Source of the DNA: Macrostomum hystrix
Taxonomy: Eukaryota; Animalia; Platyhelminthes
Assembly: GCA_950097015.1 (NCBI GenBank)
Contig: CATNEN010000001.1
Location: forward strand, 7,006,001-7,070,000
DNA: 64,000 nucleotides
Reading direction: 5' to 3'
In this document: in pieces, positions 11,001 through 22,473 of the stretch
Position numbering within the stretch: position 1 is the stretch's first letter
Layout: every line of letters starts with the position of its first letter
Translations under genes and position numbers: made by a program
The notes under the pieces: model-generated
Seen by the model: only the letters and a program-made list of their open reading frames with translations
Database searches by the model: none
Told to the model about the DNA's origin: nothing

Positions 11001-13762
11001 ACTAGGAAATCGCCATCCAATGGTGGATCGTTTAGGCATCGCATTGCCAAGTCCGTGTTCCGACGATTCAGATTGGGATGAAACCAAACTGCCTTGGCTA
11101 GTTGGCGCTGCAGTTGCGACTGGGAGAAATTTATGTTTTTAAAAGGGAGAAAACTTTGACTAAACTAAAACTTATAACTAATCCAAGCATCACAAAGGAC
11201 TAACGATTAATCGATTTGCAGGAATAATTAAAATATTTTATCAATGGAGGGATCATTAAGGAATAATGATCAAGGGATCAGTAGGGATTAACAATCAGGG
11301 GATCAGTAGGGATTAACTATCGAGGGATCAGTAGGGATTAACTATCGAGGGATCATTTAGGATTAATGATCAAGGGATCAGTAGGGATTAACAATCAGGG
11401 GATCAGTAGGGATTAACAATCGAGGGATCATTAAGGATTAATGATCAAGGGATCAGTAGGGATTAACAATCAGGGGATCAGTAGGGATTAACAATCGAGG
11501 GATCAGTAGGGATTAACAATCGAGGGATCAGTAGGGATTAACAATCGAGGGATCAGTAGGGATTAACAATCAGGGGATCAGTAGGGATTACCAATCAGGG
11601 GATCAGTAGGAATTAACAATCAGGGGATTAGTAGGGATTAAAAATCAGGGGATCAGTAGGGATTAACAATCAGGGGATTAGTAGGGATTAAAAATCAGGG
11701 GATCAGTAGGGATTAACAATCAGGGGATCAGTAGGGATTAACAATCGAGGGATCAGTATGGATTAACAATCAGGGGATTAGTAGGGATTAAAAATCAGGG
11801 GATCAGTAGGGATTAACAATCAGGGGATTAGTAGGGATTAAAAATCAGGGGATCAGTAGGGATTAACAATCAGGGGATCAGTAGGGATTACCAATCAGGG
11901 GATCAGTATGGATTAACAATCAGGGGATTAGTAGGGATTAAAAATCAGGGGATCAGTATGGATTAACAATCAGGGGATTAGTAGGGATTAAAAATCAGGG
12001 GATCAGTAGGGATTAACAATCAGGGGATCAGTAGGGATTAAGAATCGAGGGATCAGTAGGGATTAACAATCGAGGGATCAGTAGGGATTAAGAATCGAGG
12101 GATCAGTAGGGATTAACAATCAGAGGATCAGTAGGGATTAACAATCGAGGGATCAGTAGGGATTAACAATCAGGGGATCAGTAGGAATTAACAATCAGGG
12201 GATCAGTAGGGATTAAGAATCGAGGGATCAGTAGGGATTAACAATCAGGGGATCAGTAGGGATTAACAATCAGGGGATCAGTAGGGATTAAGAATCGAGG
12301 GATCAGTAGGGATTAACAATCAGGGGATCAGTAGGGATTAACAATCGAGGGATCATTAAGGATTAACAATCAGGGGATCAGTAAGGATTAACAATCGAGA
12401 GATCATTAAGGATTAACAATCAGGGGATCAGTAAGGATTAACAATCGAGAGATCATTAAGGATTAACAATCAGGGGATCAGTAAGGATTAACAATCGAGA
12501 GATCTTTAAGGATTAATGATCGAGGGATCATTTTGGATAAAGGGATAAATTTTGAATAAACAATCAAGGAATCCCAAGGGATTAAAGGGATTAGAGAAGA
12601 TTAACCGAAGCACTCACCTCCAAGTCTTCATCTTCGAAGCCCATTTCAGGTTCTTCAGTAGGCCAATCGGCCAGATAGTCGGCCAGTTGGGCAAAGCCGA
12701 ATCTCAACGCCAATTCGTAGGGCATTTCGCCATCTGCGTTCAACGGATGCGCAGCGGCTCCGTGTCGCAGCAGAGCTGTGGCGCAGTCGGTGTATCCGAG
12801 GATGGCAGCCTCGTGTAGCGGAGTGTTGCCAGATAAGGGGCACCGGATCTTCGTAAGGTGAATAAGAATGATTGACAGGTACGATTCAAATAAACAAAAA
12901 ACTAATTACGGGCCTAAAATGGGCCGTTTTTACTATACAGTTTAAAGCGCCGTTTTAGCTATTTATTCACCTGCGGATCAGCCTTGCCAGTGGTTAACAA
13001 CAGTTCAACAGCTGACACAAAGGCACGCTGAGCTGCCCGATGCAACGCCGCATAACCGGCGCAATCCCACAGGCCCGTGTTCGCTCCGGCCTCCAATAGT
13101 AGACGGACAGAATCGACACTTCCAATCTTCACGGCGTCAATCAAGGCTGTTGAACCAGTATCGGCAGACTTTTCGTCAACTGACAGAGCCTGACCCGGTT
13201 CCTTCACCAGAGACAATAGCAGGCGCCGGATTTCATCGGCGTCGCCTCGTCTAGCCGCCAAGTGCAGCGACGTAGTTGTGCCATAGACAACAAGCTCTGG
13301 CGGCGGCGGCTGCGAAGCTGGCACGTGAGTGCCGAGACGGCGAACTATGCCGCCGCTGGCTTCAACCAGAGCCCTACTAAATTCTGTTAGCAACAAATCT
13401 AAGCCGAGAAATTTCGCCTCGGTGCCGCGTAATTGATAAAATCCGTCGCTAAGCTGATCAATGGGATAATGATAGACTGAGGCATCAGTATGCAGCAATG
13501 ATAGGACATATTTGCCAGTGGCACTCGAATATCTGACTAGATAATCGCCCGCACCGCCTTGAGCTCGCAATTTGCGTTCGGTTTCTTCGCGACCCAACTG
13601 GCCATGAAACCAGTGCAGCCTGCTGATTGGCTGAGACTTCGCGGACTGCTGAAACAATTTCAGGCTATGAAATGCTATGAACTGCTCATTTTCAGCTGTG
13701 TTGAGCTTGTCCTTGTCTTTATAATCGTGAGGACCAACCCCACAAAGCAGAAAATGTATCAT
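8067..13762 (-). CDS. shark: Shark/HTK16-like SH2-ankyrin-SH2-tyrosine kinase-domain protein (probable pseudokinase); exons 13762 (or 13648)-12971, 12848-12618, 11119-10663, 9544-8863, 8454-8067
   Basis: SH2 (WFHGQLGR..GDYLVRYS); ankyrin repeats (TSLHLAA, TALIDAV, AALHRAA, TPLHEAA); second SH2 (WFHPNLNR..GDFLVR..FPSLGHLIDY); kinase IAVK, HGRLAARN, DFG, VRWFAPE, DCWSFGVLLWE, RPNF; all four GT-AG introns are phase-consistent. Confidence 0.9.
8515..8780. repeat. GACAGGTAGACAGACTGAGT-type minisatellite in Shark intron 4
   Basis: Tandem 16/20-bp units. Confidence 0.9.
9692..9890 (+). mobile_element. 5'-truncated CORE-type SINE
   Basis: CTCTGCATTGCTTCAGTTCACCCAGCTGTTAAATGGGTAC...CCCCAGTCCATGGACTGAA...GCAGGTGTAATCAATTATTATTATT, homologous to 39112-39396 and to the reverse complement of 29138-29405. 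Confidence 0.8.
10020..10615. repeat. 22-bp minisatellite (AATCCCATTTCTCAGAATCAAT) in Shark intron 3
   Basis: Tandem periodicity. Confidence 0.93.
11245..12535. repeat. 25-bp minisatellite (GGGATTAACAATCAGGGGATCAGTA) in Shark intron 2
   Basis: Tandem periodicity. Confidence 0.95.
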
Positions 13763-16195
13763 TAAAAAATTTAATTTTTAATAATAATAATACAATTCTG
13801 TTTAACGCACTAACACGCACACACACACACTCACTCACTTATAAATAAAAATAATATTTATCTATTTGTTCTCCTTCCAAATTATATAATTAGGTAATTT
13901 TTTAGGCTGCATGCAATAAGAATTTCCAACCTTTCCTAGTCCTTCTCAGTCTTAAAACACATTATAAAACACTTTAATATATTATCAACAAGATTCACCT
14001 ATTCATGTAGTTTTAATACAACTTTTTATTATTAAGCTTATTAAAAGTTACAATTAAAGGCTTAAAAATTAGGTGTTTTTAATGAGATATTATAGGACCT
14101 ACCCTATGCTACGATCGTATTATGCCAATTGTGCATAAAATTATTTTAATAGGCCTATTGTTTAAACATAGTTATACAGCAAAAATATAGCATCTAAGAG
14201 TTTTTGTGCAACTTTCTTGTTACACTTTAATGGCTCATTTATTGTAAATCTCAATCTTTACCTTGTAACTTGTTGCATATTTTTTAATTTATTAAAATAT
14301 TCTTAATTTGTAGTAGACTTCCTCTTGCTGTAGGGTAATGTATCATCAACCAAACAAGAATGTGTATTTTTTTACTTCAAACCTAAGCTACAGATTTTCT
14401 ATTTAAGATATGATGATAAATCAAAAGCCAAGTTATAGAAAACAGTTACATCTTTCTAAAAAGTATCTGCTTTTGCTATTTTGTCAAATAGAAAAAAAGT
14501 TATTCCTGCTTTTTATCTAAAACTGAACAATGATTTTCATGTATCTTCAAACCAAACAGAGAATTTGATGTTTGGTTTTACAATTTCAGTGAGTGGTTTA
14601 ATCTTATTTTAAGGAGTGAACTATCATGAATTATGTCATTTGAAAGCATTTTTCATGCTCTATAAATAACTACATTTATGGTCATTTAATTGGCAAGCAA
14701 ACACATACAATCTTCGTCTAAAGTACATACTGAAAAAATGTTGTTAAAAAGTATGCTTTAGCAATAAAAATTTCTACTGAAACATCTATATCTTTCTTTC
14801 CTCTTAATGCTTCATTGCACATCATGCCTCAGCTTGTAGATAATTTCTTCAACTTTCAAATTAGTTGTTCTGTGAAACACAATAGCTTGTTTCTGTCTTG
14901 CACGAGACCAAGGAAGAAGTCAAAATTATTGTTTGGTTTTGAAGATACACTGTTTGGTTGATGATACACATACATGTGCAACACCCAGCCGACCTGGCCG
15001 AACTGGCCGGGTGAAACGAGTGCCAGGCAAGGTAAGTCGCAAAAACCAATCAACCAAGCGCAAAAAAATCAAAGGGGGGGGCCAAGGGATAAAAAAGGAA
15101 GGCATGAAGAAAAGGAAAAAGAGGAGAGAAAAAAATAGCAAATGAGAGCAAACTAAGTCGTAAATAGAGCAAAAACTATGTTGCACGGCCGGCTAAGATT
15201 TGGGAGGTTGCGCATGTATGATGATACATTACCCTATTGTGTGTACTACACTTTACTTTATTCATGTTTGTTTAACTGTATGGTACTTTATTACATTACA
15301 TTAATTTACTGCACAATTGTTGCAAACCTTAATCTATATGTGCACTGGTTGGCTCAGCTGGTATAAATTTATTCATTAGTGACTCGCAGCATCTATGAGA
15401 TAACCATGCTAATAACCAGTGTCTAGTGAGTTAAACAAAATTTTAAACTGGGACATTATAATTATAAGTATTCTAAATAGCAATTTTGCAAGTTTTTTAC
15501 TTGAAAGTTCGAAACTAAAGTAAGTCACATATGTTACAAAATGAATCTAGATATATTATACTAGACTGTAAGCACTAACAATGTAACAAACTGTCTAGCT
15601 AGTCATTAGTCAATAGTAAATGTTACTAATAAAATAAGCCTATGCCTAGCCTTATTGACATAGCTATTTGTAACTCTAAAGTGTAGATCTGGATGAAGAT
15701 GAATTAAATTATCAACACTTAATTCCTAAGGACAGGGTACATGGTTACTGTCCAATTGTCCACTTATATTACATTGTTGAAATCCAAGCCTTTAAAAATT
15801 ATGAAATTAAAATTCCTTAAAGAAAGATTTAATTATAAAATGTCAAATTACCACTTAAAATATAGATATGATTTATATTTTTTCTCTTCACATAAGCAAA
15901 AAATAGTAAAATAAAAAAATATGGCAATGCGATAAAAGTGCCCAATATTACAAAGTTACAATATTTAGTTGTTCTTGTATTTCTATTATTATAATCACGA
16001 ATTAAGTACTTTATACACATGTAATCAAGTAATAAGGTCTTATTGCATATTTGATTAGGCCTAGCTCAATTTTATATTGTAGTGTACAGTTATAAAATAC
16101 ACTTAGGAAAACAATTAAAATAGTAAGCAAAAAGTATATGCTTATTAACATTAATATGAAGTTTTGAACTTATAAAGTTTTGTGTCATGATTAGG

Positions 16196-16441
16196 CAGGG
16201 GCAGATCCAGGTGGAACGATAAGGGGCTATAGCTTCCCCCGAAATTTAGATCTTTCTGATTGGTGCCCCCTCGCAGCGGCCAGGTCAGCGTCTCTGTCAA
16301 TTTCATAGTGCTCCATCAGACCATCCCACTGAGCACAGGGATTCACAGTGCGCCATTTGGCGCTTCATCAGCTGTTTTTTATTGTGACACACCCTATACA
16401 CCATTTTTTCTTCCAGAACAAAAAAGCTGTATCCGCCACTG
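16196..16441. mobile_element. Possible decayed MITE with CAGGGGCAGATCCAG / CTGTATCCGCCACTG termini
   Basis: 15-bp imperfect terminal inverted repeats (12/15 match) around a GC-richer island; no TSD found. Confidence 0.4.
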
Positions 16442-16995
16442 TAAAATCGAGGGTTAAGCAGTGACACTGGATAGGAAATAAGGAAAAAAGTAATGAATTT
16501 GAATTTCTAGGAAAAAATTATTACTTAAATATGTGCCAAAATTGTGGTTTTCGTGACTTTAGAGCTTTTGTGAAAAAAAAGTATTTCTAGGCTTAAAAAA
16601 GATGCGAGCTTTTTAAAGTAAAGACTTGTGCAAAGAAAATACAAATTTTGCAATCGCATAATAAATCTTACGAATAGGTAATACAAGAGTAACAAAGTTT
16701 GATAAGCGATTCGCGAGGCTCAGACAATAAATGTCTTCATCACATTGTGTGCTTCACCCGTTAATTGGCATATATAGAACAGGTTCTCTCACGCGTATAT
16801 CGATTATATACATTAACTTATGTACAGCATGCGCGGTTAGGGTGTAGTAGTATAGTGTGACGATCAACCTGTAACTCTTTGGCTCGTAATAGCAGCTTTT
16901 CAAAATACTATATGATCGTAAACGATTGACTAAAACGTATCAACCAATCAAGTACTGAAATGACAAACTCGATGGGATCCGAATGGCGAAGAATG

Positions 16996-17113
16996 CTATC
17001 CCCATCGTTGGAACGATGTCGTTCTATTCTCGCCGCTTCCCGCATATATCGTCTGGTCCATGATGGTGAGCCCGATCTTGTATATTCCACAATTACCGAA
17101 GTTAGCGACGATG
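16996..17113 (-). pseudogene. Detached 3' end of NHL gene A, separated by the LTR retrotransposon
   Basis: Removing the element and one TSD restores ...AEGDSSLIVANFGNCGIYKIG...QRWG* (TAG 16998-16996), matching paralogue B ...AEGGSSLIVADY. Confidence 0.88.
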
Positions 17114-17118
17114 AGGCT

Positions 17119-17325
17119 TGTAGTGCACTGCGTTGCCCTGTCCCTCCCACGCGGGCATAGTCAACGTGCACTGCTCTTGGCACGTACTGTATGTATGCAC
17201 GCACTGTTGCGTAATGCGCTCATGGCTGGACTGCACGTCGGCCTGCCTGCACTGGACGGCACTATATAACAACTCAAATATACGGCCCAAGAGGCCACGT
17301 TCCTTTCTCACTCAACTGCACTACA
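17119..17325 (+). repeat. 5' LTR
   Basis: Direct repeat of 21404-21610; TATATAA near 17263. Confidence 0.98.
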
Positions 17326-20300
17326 ATGGCATCGCAAGTCAGTATTCAAACCCCACCCGCACTGGACCTGCGCACGGACCCTAGCACAGCCCAGACAAAA
17401 TGGAAGAAATGGCTCGCCCAGTTCCAGCTGTTCGCGGTCGCCGCAGGCATCGACGACAAGAAGCGGCTGCGCCAGCTGCTACTGTACACCGCCGGCGAGG
17501 ACCTGCAGGCGATCGCGGCCGGCCTCACCAACGAGGCGGCGGGCAAGGACATCGATACACTCGTTGTCGCGCTCAATCAGCACTTCGACGGCAAGCGGAA
17601 TCTGCCGTTCACCCGCTACCAGTTCAGGCTCTGCACTCAGCGCCCCGGTGAGCCCATAGACGACTGGCTCCAGCGCCTCAAGGACGCCGCCGACTGCTGC
17701 GCCTTCGGTGACCTGCGAGAGTCTCTGATCCGTGATCAGGTGATTGCCTGCTGCAGCTCCGACCAGCTCCGTCGAAAGCTGCTAGCCATCGACAACGTGG
17801 ACCTGGAGCAGGCGGTGCGGGCGGCCCGGGCCATGGAAGCGGCGGAGGCCCAAGCGAGCGTCATGGAGGCCAATGATGCGTCTGTGCAGCGGCTCCGACG
17901 TCAGGAGGCCGGTGCAGCAGCCCCTGCAGCGCGGCGGCCGACAGGGCAGCCGCAAGACAAGCAGCCGAACGGCAGGCAGACCAGGTGCATCAGGTGCGGA
18001 GCCCCCGGCCACCGCACGTGCAGCGCAGCCGAAGGCAAGACGTGCAACCGCTGCGGCAAGCGAAATCACCTGGCGAGGGCCTGCCTGTCCCGGCCGAAGG
18101 AAGACGTCCACGCCCTGCAGGCTGACAGCGACAGTTCAGCGGCGGAGGACGGCGTGTTCTGCCTGACCGTGGCAGCCACAGGAACCGCGGCAGCCGGAGC
18201 CCAGACGTCGGTGTTCGTCGGTTCAACGCAGCTGCCCGTGCTGGTGGACAGCGGCGCTGACTGCAACATCATCACCGAGCAGGCCTGGCGGACACTGCCG
18301 GGACCCCCGCAGCTGCAGGCAACTCGCACGAAGATCTTCGCCTTCCGCTCGCCGAAGCCGCTCAGCACTCTGGGAGCCTGCAGCCTTCGGGTGTCAACGG
18401 GGCAGAACAGCAGGACGGTTCGCTTCATCGTCGTCCCCGGCGGCGGCACCAACATCCTGGGACGTGAGGCCTCGACTGCGCTCCGGCTCCTGAGCCTGGG
18501 GCCTCAGGTCCACGCGATCGAGGCAACCGAGACGGAGGACCCCGCTATCCAGGCGGTCGTCAGGCAATTTCCCGAGCTCTTCAGAGGCCTCGGCAAGGTC
18601 AAGGACGTCTCTGTGCAGATCAACATCAAATCCGACGCCAGACCAATCTGCCACCCGCCCTCCCGCGTTCCGGTGCACCTCCGGGAGGCGCTGGACCGCG
18701 AGCTAGACGAGCAGGAGCAGCTGGGCATCATCCAGCCAGTCGAGGGCCCCACGCCGTGGGTCAGCCGCATCGTCGTGGTGCCGAAGGAGGACGGCAAGAG
18801 CGTGCGGATCACGCAGGATCTGCGCGACGTGAACAAGGCGGCGCTGAGGGAGCGACACCAGATCCCGACATTCGAGGAGGCGACAAGCGACATGGCTGGC
18901 TCATCGATCTTCAGCAAGCTCGACATCTTCAAAGCATTCCACCAGATTGAAATCAGCGAGGACAGCCGGAAGTACTTCGTGTTCTCAACGCCCCGAGGAA
19001 TGCGGCAGTTGACTCGCCTGAGTATGGGATTCGCCTCTGCGTCAGAGATCCTACAGCGCGTGATGCAGCGAGTGCTGGAGGGCCTGACGGGTGTTAAGTG
19101 GATCCACGACGACATCATTGTCCACAGCCGAGACCTGAAGGCTCACAAGACTCACGTGGCTGCCTGCCTGACCAGACTGCGAGAGCACGGCATCACCCTC
19201 AACGGCAGCAAGTGCCGCTGGGGGATCGGCAAGGCAAAGTTCATGGCGATGACGCTGTCCAAGTTTGGGATCCAGCCATCACAAGAGAAGATCGCCGAGC
19301 TGCAAGCCTTCAAAGACCCACAGTCCGTCAAGGAGGTCCGGTCGTTTCTCGGCCTGGCCAATCACCTGGAAAAGTTCATGCCCCAGCTAGCGGACATGGC
19401 GGAGCCGCTCAGGCGGCTGACACGGAAGGGCCAGGAGTTTGTCTGGGACAGCGAGCAGCAGCAGGCCTTCCAGAACGTCAAGGACTGCATCTCGGAGAGC
19501 CGCACCCTGGCCTTCTTCGACAAACAGCTGCCAACAGAGCTGGTGGTCGATGCATCGCCCGCTGGCGTCGGCGCCATCCTGCAGCAGCGGCACCCCGGGG
19601 GGCAGACCCGGCCGGTGGCCTACGCGAGCCGCACCCTCAGCGAGGTCGAGCGGCGCTACAGCCAGATCGAGCGCGAGGCCCTGGGCGTCAAGTTCGGCTG
19701 CCTAAAGTTCGCGTTCTACCTGGAGGGCTGTCCTCATTTCGACGTCTACACCGACCACAAGCCGCTGCTGGGCATCTACAGGCCAGACTCCCGGCCACCG
19801 CCGCGACTCGAGCGCATCATGCTACAGACGCAGCACTTCTCGTTCACGCTACACTACCGCAAGGGCGAGGACAATCCGGCCGATCCCCTGAGCCGCAACC
19901 CGCTGCCGGAGACGTCGCCGGGCATGGACGTGGCCGCGGAGACCAGGCTGCTCAACGCCGTGGTCCAGGCCGCGACACCGAAGGGCCTGACGATGGACAG
20001 GATTCGCGCTGCAACCGAGAGGGACCCCGCCCTGACGGTCGTCATGCAAGCCCTAGCGACGGGCCACTGGCGCTGCGGCGCCGCGGCCCCGGCGCACAGC
20101 TTCCGGTCCCTGAAGGATGAGCTCAGCGTCCACGACGGCGTGGTGCTCCGGGGCAGCAAGATCGTGATCCCGGCGGAGCTGCAGCAGCTGACCATCGCAC
20201 TGGCACACCAGGGTCACCTCGGCCAGAAGAAAACGTGCGACCGGCTGCAGCGGAAGGTCTGGTGGCCCGGCATGACACAGCAGGTCGAGGCCGTTGTCTC

Positions 20301-21279
20301 CCGCTGCCGCCCGTGCCAGGCGGCTCGACCGGACGGCGCCGTCAAGCAGCCGCCGATGCAACCGACACCGCTGCCCCCGGGGCCGTGGCAATCGCTGAGC
20401 GTGGACGTCTGCGGACCGTTCCCGACGGGCGAGAACGTGGTGGTCCTGGTGGACTACTTCAGCCGGTACCCGGACACTTACGTGGTGCGCAGCCTCACGA
20501 GCGCCAGCATCATCACCTGCGCCATGGCCTCGTTCAGTCGCTTCGGCGTGCCACAGCAGATCACCACGGACAACGCGACCTACTTCACGAGCGAGGAGTT
20601 TAAGGAGTTCCTCGACGGCCTCGGAGTCCAGCACCGCAGGGTCACCCCACTCTACCCGGCAGCGAACGGCGAGGTCGAGCGATTCAACCGCAGCCTCAAC
20701 AAGTGTGTCAACGCCGCGGCAGCGGAGGGCAAGGATTGGCGCCGGGCCATCCATGAGTGGCTGCTCGGCTACCGCAACTCAGTGCACCGCGGCACGGGCC
20801 GGTCGCCCAACGATCTCATGTTTAACAGGGCCGTAGGCGACCTCCTGCCGGCCGGCCCCGCGGAGCAGCTGGACGACGCCGGTCGGCAGCTGCAGCGTCA
20901 TGACCGCAGCTACAAGCAGGCGATGCGCCGCGCGACTGACAAGCGACGAGCGGCAGCACCACACGGCATCGCGGCGGGCGCCCGCGTGCTGCTTAGGAAC
21001 CGCGGCAAGGCCAAACTGCGGTGCCCGTTCGACCCGCGCCCCTGGCTCGTCAAAGCGGTCCACGGCGATGCACTGACGCTGGAGAGAGGCGAGGCCGTGC
21101 TGCGGCGGCACGTGACTGAGACCAAGCCGCTGCGCGAGTGCCCCTGGGAGCCAGACGAACCGCGGGACGGCCGGCCCGCTCATCCGCAGCCCGCCACAGA
21201 CGGCGGCGCCACGGACGGTGCCATAGCGCAGAGGCCCCACCCCAGGCAGGCTAAGAGGCACATCTGCTATAAGGAGTGA
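17326..21279 (+). CDS. Gag-Pol polyprotein, 1317 aa (Gag with Zn knuckles, protease, RT, RNase H, integrase)
   Basis: CNRCGKRNHLARAC knuckle; LVDSGADCNII protease; LDIFKAFHQI and WIHDD (RT); DASPAG/EREALG/TDHKPL (RNase H); HQGH..CRPC and D-D-E (VDVCGP, TDNA, NGEVER) integrase; PR-RT-RH-IN order. Confidence 0.97.
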   Translation: MASQVSIQTPPALDLRTDPSTAQTKWKKWLAQFQLFAVAAGIDDKKRLRQLLLYTAGEDLQAIAAGLTNEAAGKDIDTLVVALNQHFDGKRNLPFTRYQFRLCTQRPGEPIDDWLQRLKDAADCCAFGDLRESLIRDQVIACCSSDQLRRKLLAIDNVDLEQAVRAARAMEAAEAQASVMEANDASVQRLRRQEAGAAAPAARRPTGQPQDKQPNGRQTRCIRCGAPGHRTCSAAEGKTCNRCGKRNHLARACLSRPKEDVHALQADSDSSAAEDGVFCLTVAATGTAAAGAQTSVFVGSTQLPVLVDSGADCNIITEQAWRTLPGPPQLQATRTKIFAFRSPKPLSTLGACSLRVSTGQNSRTVRFIVVPGGGTNILGREASTALRLLSLGPQVHAIEATETEDPAIQAVVRQFPELFRGLGKVKDVSVQINIKSDARPICHPPSRVPVHLREALDRELDEQEQLGIIQPVEGPTPWVSRIVVVPKEDGKSVRITQDLRDVNKAALRERHQIPTFEEATSDMAGSSIFSKLDIFKAFHQIEISEDSRKYFVFSTPRGMRQLTRLSMGFASASEILQRVMQRVLEGLTGVKWIHDDIIVHSRDLKAHKTHVAACLTRLREHGITLNGSKCRWGIGKAKFMAMTLSKFGIQPSQEKIAELQAFKDPQSVKEVRSFLGLANHLEKFMPQLADMAEPLRRLTRKGQEFVWDSEQQQAFQNVKDCISESRTLAFFDKQLPTELVVDASPAGVGAILQQRHPGGQTRPVAYASRTLSEVERRYSQIEREALGVKFGCLKFAFYLEGCPHFDVYTDHKPLLGIYRPDSRPPPRLERIMLQTQHFSFTLHYRKGEDNPADPLSRNPLPETSPGMDVAAETRLLNAVVQAATPKGLTMDRIRAATERDPALTVVMQALATGHWRCGAAAPAHSFRSLKDELSVHDGVVLRGSKIVIPAELQQLTIALAHQGHLGQKKTCDRLQRKVWWPGMTQQVEAVVSRCRPCQAARPDGAVKQPPMQPTPLPPGPWQSLSVDVCGPFPTGENVVVLVDYFSRYPDTYVVRSLTSASIITCAMASFSRFGVPQQITTDNATYFTSEEFKEFLDGLGVQHRRVTPLYPAANGEVERFNRSLNKCVNAAAAEGKDWRRAIHEWLLGYRNSVHRGTGRSPNDLMFNRAVGDLLPAGPAEQLDDAGRQLQRHDRSYKQAMRRATDKRRAAAPHGIAAGARVLLRNRGKAKLRCPFDPRPWLVKAVHGDALTLERGEAVLRRHVTETKPLRECPWEPDEPRDGRPAHPQPATDGGATDGAIAQRPHPRQAKRHICYKE

Positions 21280-21403
21280 CTGTAGTGACAGGGCCTGAGA
21301 GGCATCTTTCCATGCGAACTATTTGCGTTTTTTTTGCGTTCTGATTTTTCAAGACCCACTCAATGCGCCGCGCGTTTGACCTTTTTACTCTGAGGGGGAG
21401 AGA

Positions 21404-21610
21404 TGTAGTGCACTGCGTTGCCCTGTCCCTCCCACGCGGGCATAGTCAACGTGCACTGCTCTTGGCACGTACTGTATGTATGCACGCACTGTTGCGTAAT
21501 GCGCTCATGGCTGGACTGCACGTCGGCCTGCCTGCACTGGACGGCACTATATAACAACTCAAATATACGGCCCAAGAGGCCACGTTCCTTTCTCACTCAA
21601 CTGCACTACA
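21404..21610 (+). repeat. 3' LTR
   Basis: Direct repeat of the 5' LTR, preceded by the PPT. Confidence 0.98.
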
Positions 21611-22473
21611 AGGCTTGAATCGCCCTCCGCTGACTCCAGAACTGCAACGCCGCACGGAAAGTGAAACGGTACATTCTGAGCTCCTGTCAGAGTCTGCAGA
21701 ACTGTCCCGTCTCTCTCCAGGACCGTCACCGAGTTGCTGACGAATGCGCTCACAATCACGTGACCACTGCTGTCGGCAGCGATCTGACACAGCTCAGGTG
21801 CGCCAAGAGATGCAGAGTGCGCAATGAGACCCTGGGAGCCGCCACTCAGCTTGAAGACGCGGCCGGTCCTGTTGTCGCTGACGAAGATGCTGTCTCCGGA
21901 GACAGCCAGACTGCCGAGATCCGATCCCATCAGCATCGGCTTTAGCTCCGAGCTCAGACTGACGACTCGGAGATTCTCCAGAGCAGCTCGCTTGTTCCGC
22001 ACCAGCAGTCGCGGTCCGTTTCTATCTAGCAGGAAAATGTTGTCTGCATCGCCAGCGATGGCGCACAGATGATACGGGCCTTCAACCCCGAAGCTTCTGG
22101 TGCTGGACTGCGCCGACACTCTACCGCTGAGGTCCATTGCCGTGACAATGGTCGGCTGCGCCATAAACACCAGCTGCAGCTTTGAGTCCCAGTGCAGTCC
22201 CGTCACCTCGGCGTCCCAGTCGATGCTGTCGCAGTGAATCCTGTACACTGCAGCTTGCGTCTCAGAGCCTTCCGCAAATGGCAGCACCAGCAGGTGATCG
22301 CTGAGTCGAGCCTCTAGAGCCACTAGAACACACGGCTGAGACAGAGGGATCAGTGACTGGTTTTCATCATCTTCATTGACTCGGACAATCCGACTCGCTT
22401 TGGTGACAGCGAACCCGGATGTGCTGCTGCAGAAAGCCAGCCGCCTTGGCTTGCTTTTTAGACTTCTTAGCAT
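21559..22473 (-). CDS. NHL-repeat beta-propeller protein A; native C-terminus replaced by LTR-derived residues
   Basis: ATG at 22473 with TATAAATA about 60 nt upstream; NHL-like CQIAADSSGHVIVSAFVSNSVTVLERDG and FHFPCGVAV; reads into the antisense LTR (VVQLSEKGTWPLGPYI*). Confidence 0.8.
   Translation of the reverse strand: MLRSLKSKPRRLAFCSSTSGFAVTKASRIVRVNEDDENQSLIPLSQPCVLVALEARLSDHLLVLPFAEGSETQAAVYRIHCDSIDWDAEVTGLHWDSKLQLVFMAQPTIVTAMDLSGRVSAQSSTRSFGVEGPYHLCAIAGDADNIFLLDRNGPRLLVRNKRAALENLRVVSLSSELKPMLMGSDLGSLAVSGDSIFVSDNRTGRVFKLSGGSQGLIAHSASLGAPELCQIAADSSGHVIVSAFVSNSVTVLERDGTVLQTLTGAQNVPFHFPCGVAVLESAEGDSSLVVQLSEKGTWPLGPYI

Larger units (their letters stand above)
17119..21610 (+). mobile_element. 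Full-length Ty3/Gypsy LTR retrotransposon (single gag-pol ORF, Mag-like)
   Basis: Two 207-bp LTRs (17119-17325, 21404-21610), TG...CA, identical by eye, with 9-bp terminal inverted repeat TGTAGTGCA; TSD AGGCT at 17114-17118 and 21611-21615; PPT GAGGGGGAGAGA at 21392-21403; TGG at 17327 in the PBS position. Confidence 0.98.

Noticed and set aside
14850-15370. Several short ORFs and a GC-richer patch near 14990-15060
   Set aside because: No recognisable motifs, splice structure, TIRs or TSD
19098-20120. 340-aa alternative-frame ORF and antisense ORFs inside pol
   Set aside because: Expected by-product of very GC-rich codon usage; low-complexity Arg/Pro/Gly sequence
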